Source: Halobacterium noricense (GTDB lineage: Archaea > Halobacteriota > Halobacteria > Halobacteriales > Halobacteriaceae). Taken from it: 24,000 bases of DNA. A program made the position numbers and the translations under genes. Position 1 is the stretch's first letter. Each line of letters begins with the position of its first letter. The stretch covers positions 2,442,597 through 2,466,596 of the forward strand of contig NZ_CP089468.1 of assembly GCF_021233435.1 (NCBI RefSeq), read 5' to 3'. Below the pieces are notes generated by a model. That model did not search any database and had not been told where the DNA came from. It saw only the letters and a list, made by a program, of their open reading frames with translations. Below are positions 1-8,308 of the stretch, one piece after another.

Positions 1-1
1 G

Positions 2-82
2 GCGCTGGTCGTCCTGCTGTTGCTGGCTGGGGGCGTCTACTGGTACCTCCAGCAGCGCGACAGCTACGACAAACTCGGCTGA
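2..82 (+). CDS. 3' end of a CDS entering from upstream of the window; hydrophobic C-terminal segment (ALVVLLLLAGGVYWYLQQRDSYDKLG*)
   Basis: Frame is open from the window edge to TGA at 80-82. Third positions are G/C-rich and there is a TM-like Leu/Val run. The stop lies 3 nt before the cofC ATG. The product cannot be identified from 26 codons. Confidence 0.35.
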   Translation, partial: ALVVLLLLAGGVYWYLQQRDSYDKLG

Positions 83-85
83 GGG

Positions 86-730
86 ATGCGAACCCTCGTC
101 CCGTTCGACCCGACGAACCCGAACACGCGCCTCTCTTCCCTTCTCTCCGACGACGAGCGCCGAGCGTTCGCCACGGCGATGCTAACCGACGTTCTCACCA
201 GCATCCGCCGAGCGGGTGGCGCGCCGACCGTGCTGGCGACTGCGCCACTCGACACCGACGTGGACGCGCCAGTAGCGGTCGACGACCGGTCGCTCTCGGT
301 CGCGGTGAACGACGCACTCGCCGACGAACTCCCGGCTGCGGTTGTGATGGCGGACCTCGCGCTCGCTACGCCGGACGCCCTCTCGCGGATGTACGACGCC
401 GACGCCGACGTGGTCGTCGCGCCGGGTCGCGGTGGCGGGACGAACGCGCTCGTCGTCCGCCACCCCGATTTCGGCGTGGACTACCACGGCACCTCGTTTC
501 TCGACCACCTCGCCGCCGCCGACGCGGTGGGAGCGTCCGTCGAAACGGTGGACTCGTTCCGGCTCGCCGTCGACGTCGACGAGCCCGCCGACCTGCTCGA
601 CGTGCTCGTACACGGTGACAGCGCGGCCGACCAGGGGGAGGCCACGAGCCGCGCAGCCGCCGACTGGCTCCGCAACGCGGGCTTCCGGGTCGCCGTCGCG
701 GACGGTACACCCGAGGTTGTCCGGGACTGA
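86..730 (+). CDS. cofC: 2-phospho-L-lactate guanylyltransferase (F420 biosynthesis, CofC)
   Basis: 214-aa ORF starting at ATG 86. The N-terminus MRTLVPFDP..TRLS and the GRGGGTNAL motif are typical of the CofC/FbiD nucleotidyltransferase family. cofG and cofH lie nearby. Confidence 0.8.
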   Translation: MRTLVPFDPTNPNTRLSSLLSDDERRAFATAMLTDVLTSIRRAGGAPTVLATAPLDTDVDAPVAVDDRSLSVAVNDALADELPAAVVMADLALATPDALSRMYDADADVVVAPGRGGGTNALVVRHPDFGVDYHGTSFLDHLAAADAVGASVETVDSFRLAVDVDEPADLLDVLVHGDSAADQGEATSRAAADWLRNAGFRVAVADGTPEVVRD

Positions 731-781
731 CGCGGGCTGAGGAACCAAACGCCTAAACGACGGCCAGCCGACCGCACGGGT

Positions 782-1234
782 ATGCAGCCGTTGCAACTCG
801 CGCGGGCGGCCGCGGCGCTGCTCGGGCTGGCAGTGCTGGCGGCGGCGCTGTTCCAGGCCGTGCTGGCGACGCTGGCCGAACTCGGCGTGCCGTCGTGGGC
901 GGCGTCGCCGACGGCCGTCGGCGCGGTGCTGCCGCCGGTGCTCGCGCTCGCGGACGCGTACACGCCGCTGGGGAGCCACGGCCGGACGGCCGCGCTCCGC
1001 GAGCGGCCCGCCACCCGTCTCGCCGCGGACGCGCTGCTGGCGGCGGCGGTCGGCGGCGTCGTCGGCTACGCGGGCAGCCAGCTCCTCCTCTCCGCGAGCG
1101 CGAGCAGTCTCGCGGAACTCGTCGTGGTGTCGGGGGCGTCGCTTTCGGGGTACGCGACGTTCGTCGCGCGGAACCTCGACGCGTACGCCGGCCGGGGCCC
1201 GGAGCCGGACGTCGAGGAGGAGATGCGGCCGTGA
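782..1234 (+). CDS. Hypothetical Ala/Leu-rich integral membrane protein (about 3-4 predicted TM segments, acidic C-terminal tail)
   Basis: 150-aa ORF with a very high G/C third-position bias in this frame. Hydrophobic stretches are visible (LLGLAVLAAALFQAVLATLA, AVGAVLPPVLALA, LLAAAVGGVVGYAG). Its stop TGA (1232-1234) overlaps the GTG start of cofG (GTGA). I recognise no family. Confidence 0.6.
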   Translation: MQPLQLARAAAALLGLAVLAAALFQAVLATLAELGVPSWAASPTAVGAVLPPVLALADAYTPLGSHGRTAALRERPATRLAADALLAAAVGGVVGYAGSQLLLSASASSLAELVVVSGASLSGYATFVARNLDAYAGRGPEPDVEEEMRP

Positions 1235-2355
1235 GTTCGATTCCGGGGGCGGACGCGTACGGCGTCGACGTCGAGATTCGAGACGCCGACCGGGAGGCCG
1301 CGCTCGCGGTCCGTCCCGAGGACGTCGAGACCGCCGAGGAGTTGACGTTCGCGCGCAACGTCTTCGTGCCGCTGACGACCGCGTGCCGGTACACGTGCAC
1401 GTACTGCACGTACTACGACCCGCCCGGCGAAGCCGAACTGATGAGTCCCGAGGCCGTCCGGGAGACGTGTCGGACTGGCTCGGCGGCGGGCTGCACGGAG
1501 GCGTTGTTCACGTTCGGGGACGACCCCGACGACCGCTACACCGAAGTCCACGACCAGCTCGCCGAGTGGGGGTTCGACTCCATCCACGACTACCTCCGGC
1601 GCGCCTGCGAAATCGCCCTGGAAGAGGGACTGCTGCCGCACGCGAACCCCGGCGACCAGACGCGCGAGCAGATGGCCCACGTCGCGGACGTGAACGCGTC
1701 GATGGGCGTGATGCTGGAGACGACGGCGGACGTGCAGGCCCACGGCGGGCCGCGCGCGAAGAACCCCGGCCAGCGCCTGCACACCATCGAAGTGGCGGGC
1801 GACCTCGGCGTGCCGTTCACGACGGGCATCCTCGTCGGCGTCGGCGAGGACTGGGGCGACCGCGCGGACAGCCTGCTCGCGATTCGGGCGCTCCACGAGC
1901 GCTACGGCCACGTGCAGGAGGTCATCGTCCAGCCGGTCAGCCCGAACGAGCGCTGGACCGAGGACCCGCCGAGCCGCGAGACGATGCGGCGCACGGTGGC
2001 GATGGCGCGCGCGGTGCTGCCCGAGGACGTGGCAGTACAGGTGCCGCCGAATCTCGCGGACGCCCGCGCGCTGCTGGACTGCGGCGTCGAGGACTTGGGT
2101 GGCGTCTCCCCGGTGACGAAAGACCACATCAATCCCGACTACGCGTGGCCCGCGCTGCGCGAACTGGAGGACATCGCCGACCACGGCGGCGTCCCGCTGC
2201 GCGAGCGCCTCCCGGTCTACGAGCGCTTCCTCCCCGAGGACGGGCGCGAGAACGAGTGGGTGAGCGAGCGCATCGGGCGCGCCATCGAGTCCGGCGAGCG
2301 GTATCAGGCGGTGCTGTCGGGCGAACCGCTGGACGCGCACGGCCCCCAACACTAA
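1231..2355 (+). CDS. cofG: 7,8-didemethyl-8-hydroxy-5-deazariboflavin (FO) synthase subunit 1, radical SAM (CofG)
   Basis: Radical-SAM cluster motif CRYTCTYCTY, followed by the CofG-type body (FTFGDDPD, GILVGVGE). The track ORF 895-2355 has an Arg-rich nonsense N-terminus. The first sensible in-frame start is GTG 1231 (VSSIPGADAYG...), overlapping the upstream stop. Confidence 0.88.
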   Translation: MSSIPGADAYGVDVEIRDADREAALAVRPEDVETAEELTFARNVFVPLTTACRYTCTYCTYYDPPGEAELMSPEAVRETCRTGSAAGCTEALFTFGDDPDDRYTEVHDQLAEWGFDSIHDYLRRACEIALEEGLLPHANPGDQTREQMAHVADVNASMGVMLETTADVQAHGGPRAKNPGQRLHTIEVAGDLGVPFTTGILVGVGEDWGDRADSLLAIRALHERYGHVQEVIVQPVSPNERWTEDPPSRETMRRTVAMARAVLPEDVAVQVPPNLADARALLDCGVEDLGGVSPVTKDHINPDYAWPALRELEDIADHGGVPLRERLPVYERFLPEDGRENEWVSERIGRAIESGERYQAVLSGEPLDAHGPQH

Positions 2356-2394
2356 CCGCGCGGGCGTCGAAATTCGGGTAACGCGGCTAGTCCC

Positions 2395-4470
2395 ATGCCC
2401 GAGGACGTCACGCTCCCCCGGAAGCGCGTGCGCGCCGACACGGTCGAGGAACGGCTCACGGACAACGCCGTCGAACACATTCTGCCGGCGCGGTACCTGC
2501 TCCGCGACGAGACCGGCGAGGTCGTGGAAACGCCCGCGGAGCTGTTCGAGCGCGTCGCCGACGCCGTCGCCAGCCCGGAAGACGACGCGGCGTTGTGGAG
2601 CGACCGGTTCTACGAGCTGCTGACGGGCCTGGAGTTCGTGCCGAACTCGCCGACGCTGATGAACGCGGGCGGGCCGCTCGGCCAGTTGTCGGCGTGCTTC
2701 GTGATGTCGCCGGAGGACGACTTGGACGACATCTTCGAGACGGTGCGGCGGGCGGCCCGCGTGTTCCAGTCGGGTGGCGGCGTCGGGTACGCGTTCTCGG
2801 AGCTGCGGCCGCGCGGCGACGTCGTCGCGGAGACCGGCGGCGTGGCGTCCGGGCCGGTGTCGTTCATGCGCGTCTACGACCAGATGTGCGAGACGGTGAA
2901 GTCGGGCGGGAAACGACGTGGCGCGCAGATGGGCGTGTTGCGCGTTGACCACCCGGACGTCGGGCGATTCTGCGTGGCGAAACGCGAGGAGGGCGAGCTG
3001 GAGAACTTCAACGTCTCCGTGGCGATCACCGACGACTTCCTCGACGCCCTGGACGCGGGCGAGGCGTACGAGCTCACGAACCCGCGGACGGGCGGAGTCC
3101 ACGAGGTGACAGAGGCGACCGCGCAGTTCTACAACGCGAGCCACGCGGACGCCGACCCGCGGGTAGTCCCACAGAACTTCTGGCGGGACTACGGGGACAG
3201 CGTCGCGGGCGTCGACGAGTTCCGGGGCGACCTCGTGGAAGTTGGCGAGCCGATGACACTCCCAGCTAAATTCGTCTGGCGGCTACTCGTCGACGGCGCG
3301 TGGCGGAACGGCGAACCGGGCGTGTTCGCGGTCGACCGCGCGAACCGCGAGCACTCCTTCGACGTCGACGAGCACCCCGAGCATCGCATCGAGGCGACGA
3401 ACCCCTGCGGCGAGCAGCCCCTCGAAGACTTCGAGGCGTGCAACCTCGGGCACGTGAACCTCTCGCTGATGGCAGCCGAGGACGCGCCGCTATGGGGTGA
3501 GTTCGAGCACGACGGCGACCTCGAAGCGCGCGTGGACGCGTTCCTCGACGAAGCGCTCGACACCGAACGCCTGGACCGCGTGACGCGCTGGGGGACGCGC
3601 TTTCTGGACGACGTGGTGACGGCCAGCGACTTCCCGCTGCCCGAAATCGAGCAGACGGTCTCGGAGATGCGGAAGGTTGGCTTGGGCGTGATGGGGTTCG
3701 CGGAGCTACTCGTCCAGTTTGGCGTGCGCTACGGCAGCGACGCGGGCGTCGAAATCGCCGACCGGGTGATGGCGCACATCGACCACGTCGCGACGGAGAC
3801 GAGCCGCGAACTCGCCGCCGAGCGCGGGAAGTTCCCGAAGTGGGACGAGTCGAAGTACGCCGAGCCGACGGCGTATCCGGAGTGGTTCCGCCGGCACACG
3901 GCCGAGGACCCCGGAGCGTGGGCGGACGGCTACCCGATTCGGAACCACGGCGTGACGAGCGTCGCGCCGACCGGCACGACCTCGATGATAGCCAACACCT
4001 CGGGGGGTTGTGAGCCCATCTACGAGGTCGTCTACTTCAAGAACGTCGGCCGGGACGTGCAGGGAGCCGAGCCGCTCGTGGAGTTCGACGACTACTTCCT
4101 GCGCGTGCTGGAGGCCAACGGCGTGGACGTCGACGCCGTCGAGGCGGAAGCCAAGCGCCTCCTCAAGGCGGGCGAGTTCGAGGGCGCGCAGTCGCTGTCG
4201 GTCCCCGACGAGATTTTGGAATTGTTCCCGACCGCGCGCGAACTCCCGATGGACGCCCACGTGCGGGTGCAGGCGGCGTTCCAGGCGCACGTGGACGGCG
4301 CGGTCTCGAAGACCATCAACGTCGCCCACGACGCCACCCGCGGGGACGTCGCGGCCGCGTACCGGCGCGCCATCGACCTCGGCTGCGTCGGCGTCACCGT
4401 CTACCGCACGGGCTCGCGAACGGCGCAGGTGCTCACGACGAAGCCCGAGGAGACCGGGAGCGTCGACTAG
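2395..4470 (+). CDS. nrdJ: Adenosylcobalamin-dependent (class II) ribonucleoside-diphosphate reductase
   Basis: 691 aa with the RNR signatures PNSPTLMNAG, LSACFV, TNPCGEQPL and VSKTINV. No intein-like insertion is visible. An AT-rich GAAATT lies about 23 nt upstream of the ATG. Confidence 0.88.
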   Translation: MPEDVTLPRKRVRADTVEERLTDNAVEHILPARYLLRDETGEVVETPAELFERVADAVASPEDDAALWSDRFYELLTGLEFVPNSPTLMNAGGPLGQLSACFVMSPEDDLDDIFETVRRAARVFQSGGGVGYAFSELRPRGDVVAETGGVASGPVSFMRVYDQMCETVKSGGKRRGAQMGVLRVDHPDVGRFCVAKREEGELENFNVSVAITDDFLDALDAGEAYELTNPRTGGVHEVTEATAQFYNASHADADPRVVPQNFWRDYGDSVAGVDEFRGDLVEVGEPMTLPAKFVWRLLVDGAWRNGEPGVFAVDRANREHSFDVDEHPEHRIEATNPCGEQPLEDFEACNLGHVNLSLMAAEDAPLWGEFEHDGDLEARVDAFLDEALDTERLDRVTRWGTRFLDDVVTASDFPLPEIEQTVSEMRKVGLGVMGFAELLVQFGVRYGSDAGVEIADRVMAHIDHVATETSRELAAERGKFPKWDESKYAEPTAYPEWFRRHTAEDPGAWADGYPIRNHGVTSVAPTGTTSMIANTSGGCEPIYEVVYFKNVGRDVQGAEPLVEFDDYFLRVLEANGVDVDAVEAEAKRLLKAGEFEGAQSLSVPDEILELFPTARELPMDAHVRVQAAFQAHVDGAVSKTINVAHDATRGDVAAAYRRAIDLGCVGVTVYRTGSRTAQVLTTKPEETGSVD

Positions 4471-5012
4471 TCCAGCAGGTCGGGGAGGCGCTTGCGGGCG
4501 AGCGCGTAGCCGACCGACACCGCGAGCATTCCGACTGTGAGCCGTCGCACGAGTCCGTCGTACAGCGCGAGCCCCGGAATCGAGAGCACGACGGCGGCGA
4601 GCAGGTCCTCGGGCGCGCCGTCGTAGCGAATCCAGCGCCGCGGGCGAATCCACTGACTGCGGGTGTGGGAGTAGACCCCGCGCTGGTCGTCGTTCACCCA
4701 CGGGCGCGCGCCGAGCCCGCCGCCGAGCGCGTCGGTGACGGAGTGGACGGCCGCCGACAGCACGAAGAACGCGGCAGCGACCGTGAGCGCCGACGGCGAA
4801 CCGACGGCGATGCCGAACGCCGCGGCGGCCAGCGGCCAGTAGTGCTCGGGATAGTGCAGCGTCTTCCGGTGTTCGAGCACGCCCAGGTCGAGGTCCGGGA
4901 AGACGCCGCCGGCCATCGCGGCGAGCGCGGCGGGCACGGCGAACTCGGGCGCGACCCAGAACAGCGGCGTCGCGAGCAGGACGCCCATCGCGGCGTGGGT
5001 CGTGGCCATCAC
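4467..5012 (-). CDS. Membrane-bound metal-dependent hydrolase (DUF457/YdjM-like)
   Basis: 181 aa, polytopic and hydrophobic. It has His/Asp-containing loops (THAAMG, FPDLDL, HYPEH, AVHSVTD) typical of the YdjM-type family. Its stop shares a CTAG with the nrdJ stop. Confidence 0.6.
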   Translation of the reverse strand: MMATTHAAMGVLLATPLFWVAPEFAVPAALAAMAGGVFPDLDLGVLEHRKTLHYPEHYWPLAAAAFGIAVGSPSALTVAAAFFVLSAAVHSVTDALGGGLGARPWVNDDQRGVYSHTRSQWIRPRRWIRYDGAPEDLLAAVVLSIPGLALYDGLVRRLTVGMLAVSVGYALARKRLPDLLD

Positions 5013-5028
5013 GGCTGGCTCCCTCCCA

Positions 5029-6402
5029 TCAGTCGTCGGCGCTCGCGGTGCCGCGCGAGCCGTCGGTGTCGCGGTCGGGAACGAGCGGCGTGCCGTCGGC
5101 CTGCGGGCCGAGCTGTGGGCCGAGCGTGTCGGCGTCGGGGTCGAGGACGCGGCGCTCGGTGTAGTCCGTGGAGCGCTCGACGGGCGTGCGGCCGATGGCC
5201 GAAATCATGTCGGCGTAGTCGGCGACCGAGCGGAACTCGCCGTGTTGGCCGCCCGCGCGCTTCGTAATCTCCTCGCTGAGGATGGTGCCCATGAAGTCGT
5301 CGGCGCCGCAGTTCAGGAGTTTCAGGCCCTTCGCGTTCCCGAACTTCACCCACGACGACTGGATGTGCTCGATATTGTCCAGGTAGAGGCGCGCGACGGC
5401 GACGAGGAGTTCGTCCTCGGCGTCGCTCGCCCCGGTTTCGACGACGCCACGGTCGTACAGCGGCGTCTCCTGATGGATGAAGGATAGCGGGACGAACTCC
5501 GTGATGTTACCGGTGCGGTCCTGGAGGTCCCGAATCACGTCGAGGTGGCGGACGCGGTGGGCAACGTTTTCGACGTGGCCGTACATCATCGTCGAGGTCA
5601 TCGGGAGGCCGACGTCGGCGGCGGCCTCCATCGCGGCGACCCACTCGCCGGTGTCGATTTTCCCGGGGCAGATGACGTCCCGCACTTCGTCGACGAGGAT
5701 TTCGGCGGCCGTCCCGGGAACGGTGTCGAGGCCGGCGTCGGCGAGTTCGCGGTAGACGTGGCGGTAGCTCCAGTCGACGCCGCGCTGGGCGTGGTGGGCT
5801 TCCTCGGGAGTCATCGAGTGGACGTGCGCGCCGGCGTCGCTCATCGCCGCGATTTGCTCGACGTACGTGTGCGGGTCGGTGGTGTAGCGCTCGGGCGGCT
5901 TGTAGTTGTGCTCGGGGTCGTCGGGGTCGAGGGCGGCGCGGTGGTCGTCGTTCAGGCCGAACGCGGGGTGGAGCCCCGAGACGGAGGTGACCTCGTAGAC
6001 GCCGCGCTCGACGGCGTCTTTCACGACGTCGTGGGACTCCTGGGGCGTCTTCGTGAAGCCGGCGTGGTCGTCGGGTTCGTCGACCTCGAAGTTGTGCGCG
6101 GTGTCCTTGAAGTTGCAGAACAGACAGCCCGTGTTGCAGGCCGTGGTGACGTTGTTGTTGACGTTCGCGACGAACGTCACCTCGTCGCCGACGACCTCGG
6201 CGCGGCGGCGGTCGGCGGCTTCGAGGACGAGTTCCTTCCGCCGCGGGTCGATGCCTTCGGTGTCTGTGCCGGTGGTGATGAGTTCGATGCCGTCCGCGAC
6301 GGAGAGCCGGCGGCCGTCGCGGGCGTTCGCCAGCGCGTTCTCGAACGACTGGTCGGTCTCGGGGACCACGTCGAAGTCGAACTCGCTGGCGGCGTCGGAC
6401 AT
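5029..6402 (-). CDS. cofH: FO synthase subunit 2, radical SAM (CofH)
   Basis: Radical-SAM motif [10 protein letters not shown], then the CofH-type body ([29 protein letters not shown]). The 938-aa track ORF is trimmed to ATG 6402 ([10 protein letters not shown]...). A T5 TATA-like run sits about 28 nt upstream on the minus strand. Confidence 0.88.
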   Translation of the reverse strand: MSDAASEFDFDVVPETDQSFENALANARDGRRLSVADGIELITTGTDTEGIDPRRKELVLEAADRRRAEVVGDEVTFVANVNNNVTTACNTGCLFCNFKDTAHNFEVDEPDDHAGFTKTPQESHDVVKDAVERGVYEVTSVSGLHPAFGLNDDHRAALDPDDPEHNYKPPERYTTDPHTYVEQIAAMSDAGAHVHSMTPEEAHHAQRGVDWSYRHVYRELADAGLDTVPGTAAEILVDEVRDVICPGKIDTGEWVAAMEAAADVGLPMTSTMMYGHVENVAHRVRHLDVIRDLQDRTGNITEFVPLSFIHQETPLYDRGVVETGASDAEDELLVAVARLYLDNIEHIQSSWVKFGNAKGLKLLNCGADDFMGTILSEEITKRAGGQHGEFRSVADYADMISAIGRTPVERSTDYTERRVLDPDADTLGPQLGPQADGTPLVPDRDTDGSRGTASADD

Positions 6403-6427
6403 GTTCGAATCCACCGCGGCCACCGCC

Positions 6428-6432
6428 AAAAA
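6428..6432 (-). promoter_or_regulatory. TATA-like T5 run about 28 nt upstream of the cofH start (candidate leaderless promoter)
   Basis: The minus strand reads GGCAGGCTTTTTGGCGG. Spacing to ATG 6402 matches the archaeal TATA-to-TSS distance, and there is no Shine-Dalgarno sequence. Confidence 0.35.
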
Positions 6433-6552
6433 GCCTGCCACAGCGGCCACCCCTTCGAAGTGATGCGCGAACGTGAACATCTCCACTCGAAGTGCTGGGG
6501 TTGTGGGCACGGGAGTGAAAGATTCATGGTGGTTGCCGTCGCGCATACAGCC

Positions 6553-7662
6553 ATGACGAGCGTCAAAACCCTCCGCGTGGAAGCCGGGGCGACGCGGGAC
6601 GCGCTGGGCCGGGGCGTCTTCGAGTTCAGCGACCGCTACTCGGTGTTCGACTGGGGGGAGATGCCCGACCTGATTCCGGGGAAGGGCGCGAGCCTCTGCA
6701 CGATGGGCGCGTTCAACTTCGAACTCCTCGAAACCGAGGGCGTCCCTACACACTACCGGGGGGTCCGCGCGGAACCACGTTCCGCGGAACGTGCGAGCGG
6801 GGAGCGCAGCGACCCGCGAGCGGACAGCGACGGCGAGACCGTCGCGCTGGCGGACGCCGACGAACCGCCGACGGAGATGGAAATCGCGCTCACGCAGGTT
6901 CCGGACCTCCCCTTCGAGGGCCACGACGCCGACGGGACCAACGGGGAAGCCATCCACGGCGGCTACGACTACGGCGCGTACCACGCCGCCGCGGACGGCA
7001 ACTACCTCGTGCCGCTGGAAGTCGTCTTCCGGAACAGCGTGCCCGTCGGGTCGAGCCTCCGCAAGCGCCGCGACCCCGGAGAGTTCGACCTCGACTACGC
7101 GGAGTGGCCCGAGGGGCCAGTCGACCTCCCCGAACCCGTCGTGGAGTTCTCCACGAAGTACGAGGAGCAGGACCGCTACCTCTCGCGCGAGGAGGCCGAC
7201 GCCATCGCGGGCCGCGCGAGCATCGAGGAGCTGGAGGGGCTGGCGCGCCGCGTGAACGAGGTCGTCACCGAGCGCGCCGAGAAGGTCGGCTTCACGCACG
7301 AGGACGGGAAAATCGAGTGCCTCTACGTGGACGGCGAGGTGCAGGTCGCGGACGTCGCGGGGACGTTCGACGAGAACCGCTTCGCGTACGAGGGCCGAGA
7401 AGTATCGAAGGAGGTCGTCCGGCAGTACTACAAGCGCACCGACCCCGTCTGGGTCGACGCCGTCAGCACGGCCAAAGCAGAAGCAGACGAGCGCGGCGTC
7501 GCGGATTGGCGCGAACTCTGCGAGGCGTCCCCGGACCCGCTCCCCGCGGACCTCGTGCAGGCGACCGCGGACATGTACGCCGCGGGCGCGAACCGCTATA
7601 CGGGCCACGAGTGGTTCGACGCGCCGCCGCTGGCCGACGCGCTCGCCGCGTTCGAGGAGTGA
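6553..7662 (+). CDS. purC: Phosphoribosylaminoimidazole-succinocarboxamide (SAICAR) synthase
   Basis: Contains [26 protein letters not shown] and EDGKIECLY, all PurC-type motifs. Start chosen at ATG 6553 (MTSVKTLRV); ATG 6526 is the alternative. AAAGATT lies about 32 nt upstream of 6553. The gene carries a low-complexity acidic/Arg insert around 6765-6880. Confidence 0.88.
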   Translation: MTSVKTLRVEAGATRDALGRGVFEFSDRYSVFDWGEMPDLIPGKGASLCTMGAFNFELLETEGVPTHYRGVRAEPRSAERASGERSDPRADSDGETVALADADEPPTEMEIALTQVPDLPFEGHDADGTNGEAIHGGYDYGAYHAAADGNYLVPLEVVFRNSVPVGSSLRKRRDPGEFDLDYAEWPEGPVDLPEPVVEFSTKYEEQDRYLSREEADAIAGRASIEELEGLARRVNEVVTERAEKVGFTHEDGKIECLYVDGEVQVADVAGTFDENRFAYEGREVSKEVVRQYYKRTDPVWVDAVSTAKAEADERGVADWRELCEASPDPLPADLVQATADMYAAGANRYTGHEWFDAPPLADALAAFEE

Positions 7663-7997
7663 CGCCGCGACGCTGGCGCGTCCTCGCGGTGGTCTCGATA
7701 GCCGCCGTGCTCGCGGGGTCGCTCGCGCCCGGCGCGACAGCCGGCGGGCTGCCCGCGGGTGTGGACAAATTCCTCCACGCCGCCGGCTACGCGATGATTG
7801 CGCTCTCGCTGGCGGGCGCGCAGCGAGCCGAGACGGGGCGGACACTCGTTTCTATCGTACTCGCTACGGCGCTGCTCGGCGTCGGCATCGAGGTCGTCCA
7901 GCCGCTCGTCGGCCGGACCGCGAGCCTCCTCGACGCCGTCGCGAATCTCCTAGGCGCGACGGCCGGCGCGTTCGGCTGGTGGGTCCGGACGAACTGA
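7659..7997 (+). CDS. VanZ-like family membrane protein
   Basis: 112 aa starting at GTG 7659, which overlaps the purC stop (GTGA). It has the VanZ-type motifs [16 protein letters not shown] and [11 protein letters not shown]. There is no in-frame ATG upstream of the TM segments. Confidence 0.65.
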   Translation: MTPRRWRVLAVVSIAAVLAGSLAPGATAGGLPAGVDKFLHAAGYAMIALSLAGAQRAETGRTLVSIVLATALLGVGIEVVQPLVGRTASLLDAVANLLGATAGAFGWWVRTN

Positions 7998-8280
7998 CTG
8001 CGGTCGACACCCGCCGCGACCACGAAGTACATCAACGCGGAGCCGCGAGCCACAGACATGTTGAAGCACGCGACAGTCATCGACGCGACAGTCGGCCGGA
8101 GCTCGCAAATCGGCGTCTCGACGCCCGACGAAGACGAAGACGGCGAGGAGCAGCGCGCGGCATCAGTTGCTCGGCTGGTGTCGTGGTGTCGTCGTCTCGG
8201 TCTCTGATTCTCGGAACCCCGCGATTCGACGGCAAAACCGTCCGTTCTCGACGTGCGGACGAACGACCAGACGAAGCCGC

Positions 8281-8285
8281 TTTAC
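8281..8285 (+). promoter_or_regulatory. TATA-like CTTTAC about 26 nt upstream of the RaSEA ATG
   Basis: GCTTTACG is centred near 8283 and the ATG is at 8309. There is no Shine-Dalgarno sequence. Confidence 0.3.
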
Positions 8286-8308
8286 GCCCGCGACGACACC
8301 AACTAGCC

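Noticed and set aside
1066-3144. 692-aa minus-strand ORF antisense to cofG and nrdJ. A similar 758-aa ORF at 18516-20792 is antisense to katG.
   Set aside because: The translations are Arg/Ala/Pro/Gly-rich with no recognisable domains. Such shadow ORFs opposite real genes are expected at about 70% GC because stop codons are rare. The opposite strands carry unambiguous cofG, nrdJ and katG.
6403-6412. GTTCGAATCC, a canonical tRNA T-loop-like string, right next to the cofH start.
   Set aside because: The flanking bases (GACAT / ACCGC) cannot form a T-stem, and no acceptor, D or anticodon arms can be drawn on either strand. It is a chance match.
6801-6812. 12-mer GGAGCGCAGCGA shared between the purC insert and the loop of the trmY-pus10 hairpin (22020-22031).
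   Set aside because: In 24 kb of strongly GC-biased sequence, many 12-mer coincidences are expected, and there is no extended similarity around the match.
5029-7845. Apparent giant ORFs: 938 aa (5029-7845, minus), 769 aa (12023-14332, minus), 705 aa (5545-7662, plus) and 502 aa (9953-11461, minus).
   Set aside because: Only the downstream portion of each has protein-like sequence and family motifs (cofH, CBS, purC, purQ). The upstream portions are Arg-rich read-through across neighbouring genes. I trimmed each to the first start consistent with homologue N-termini and TATA spacing.
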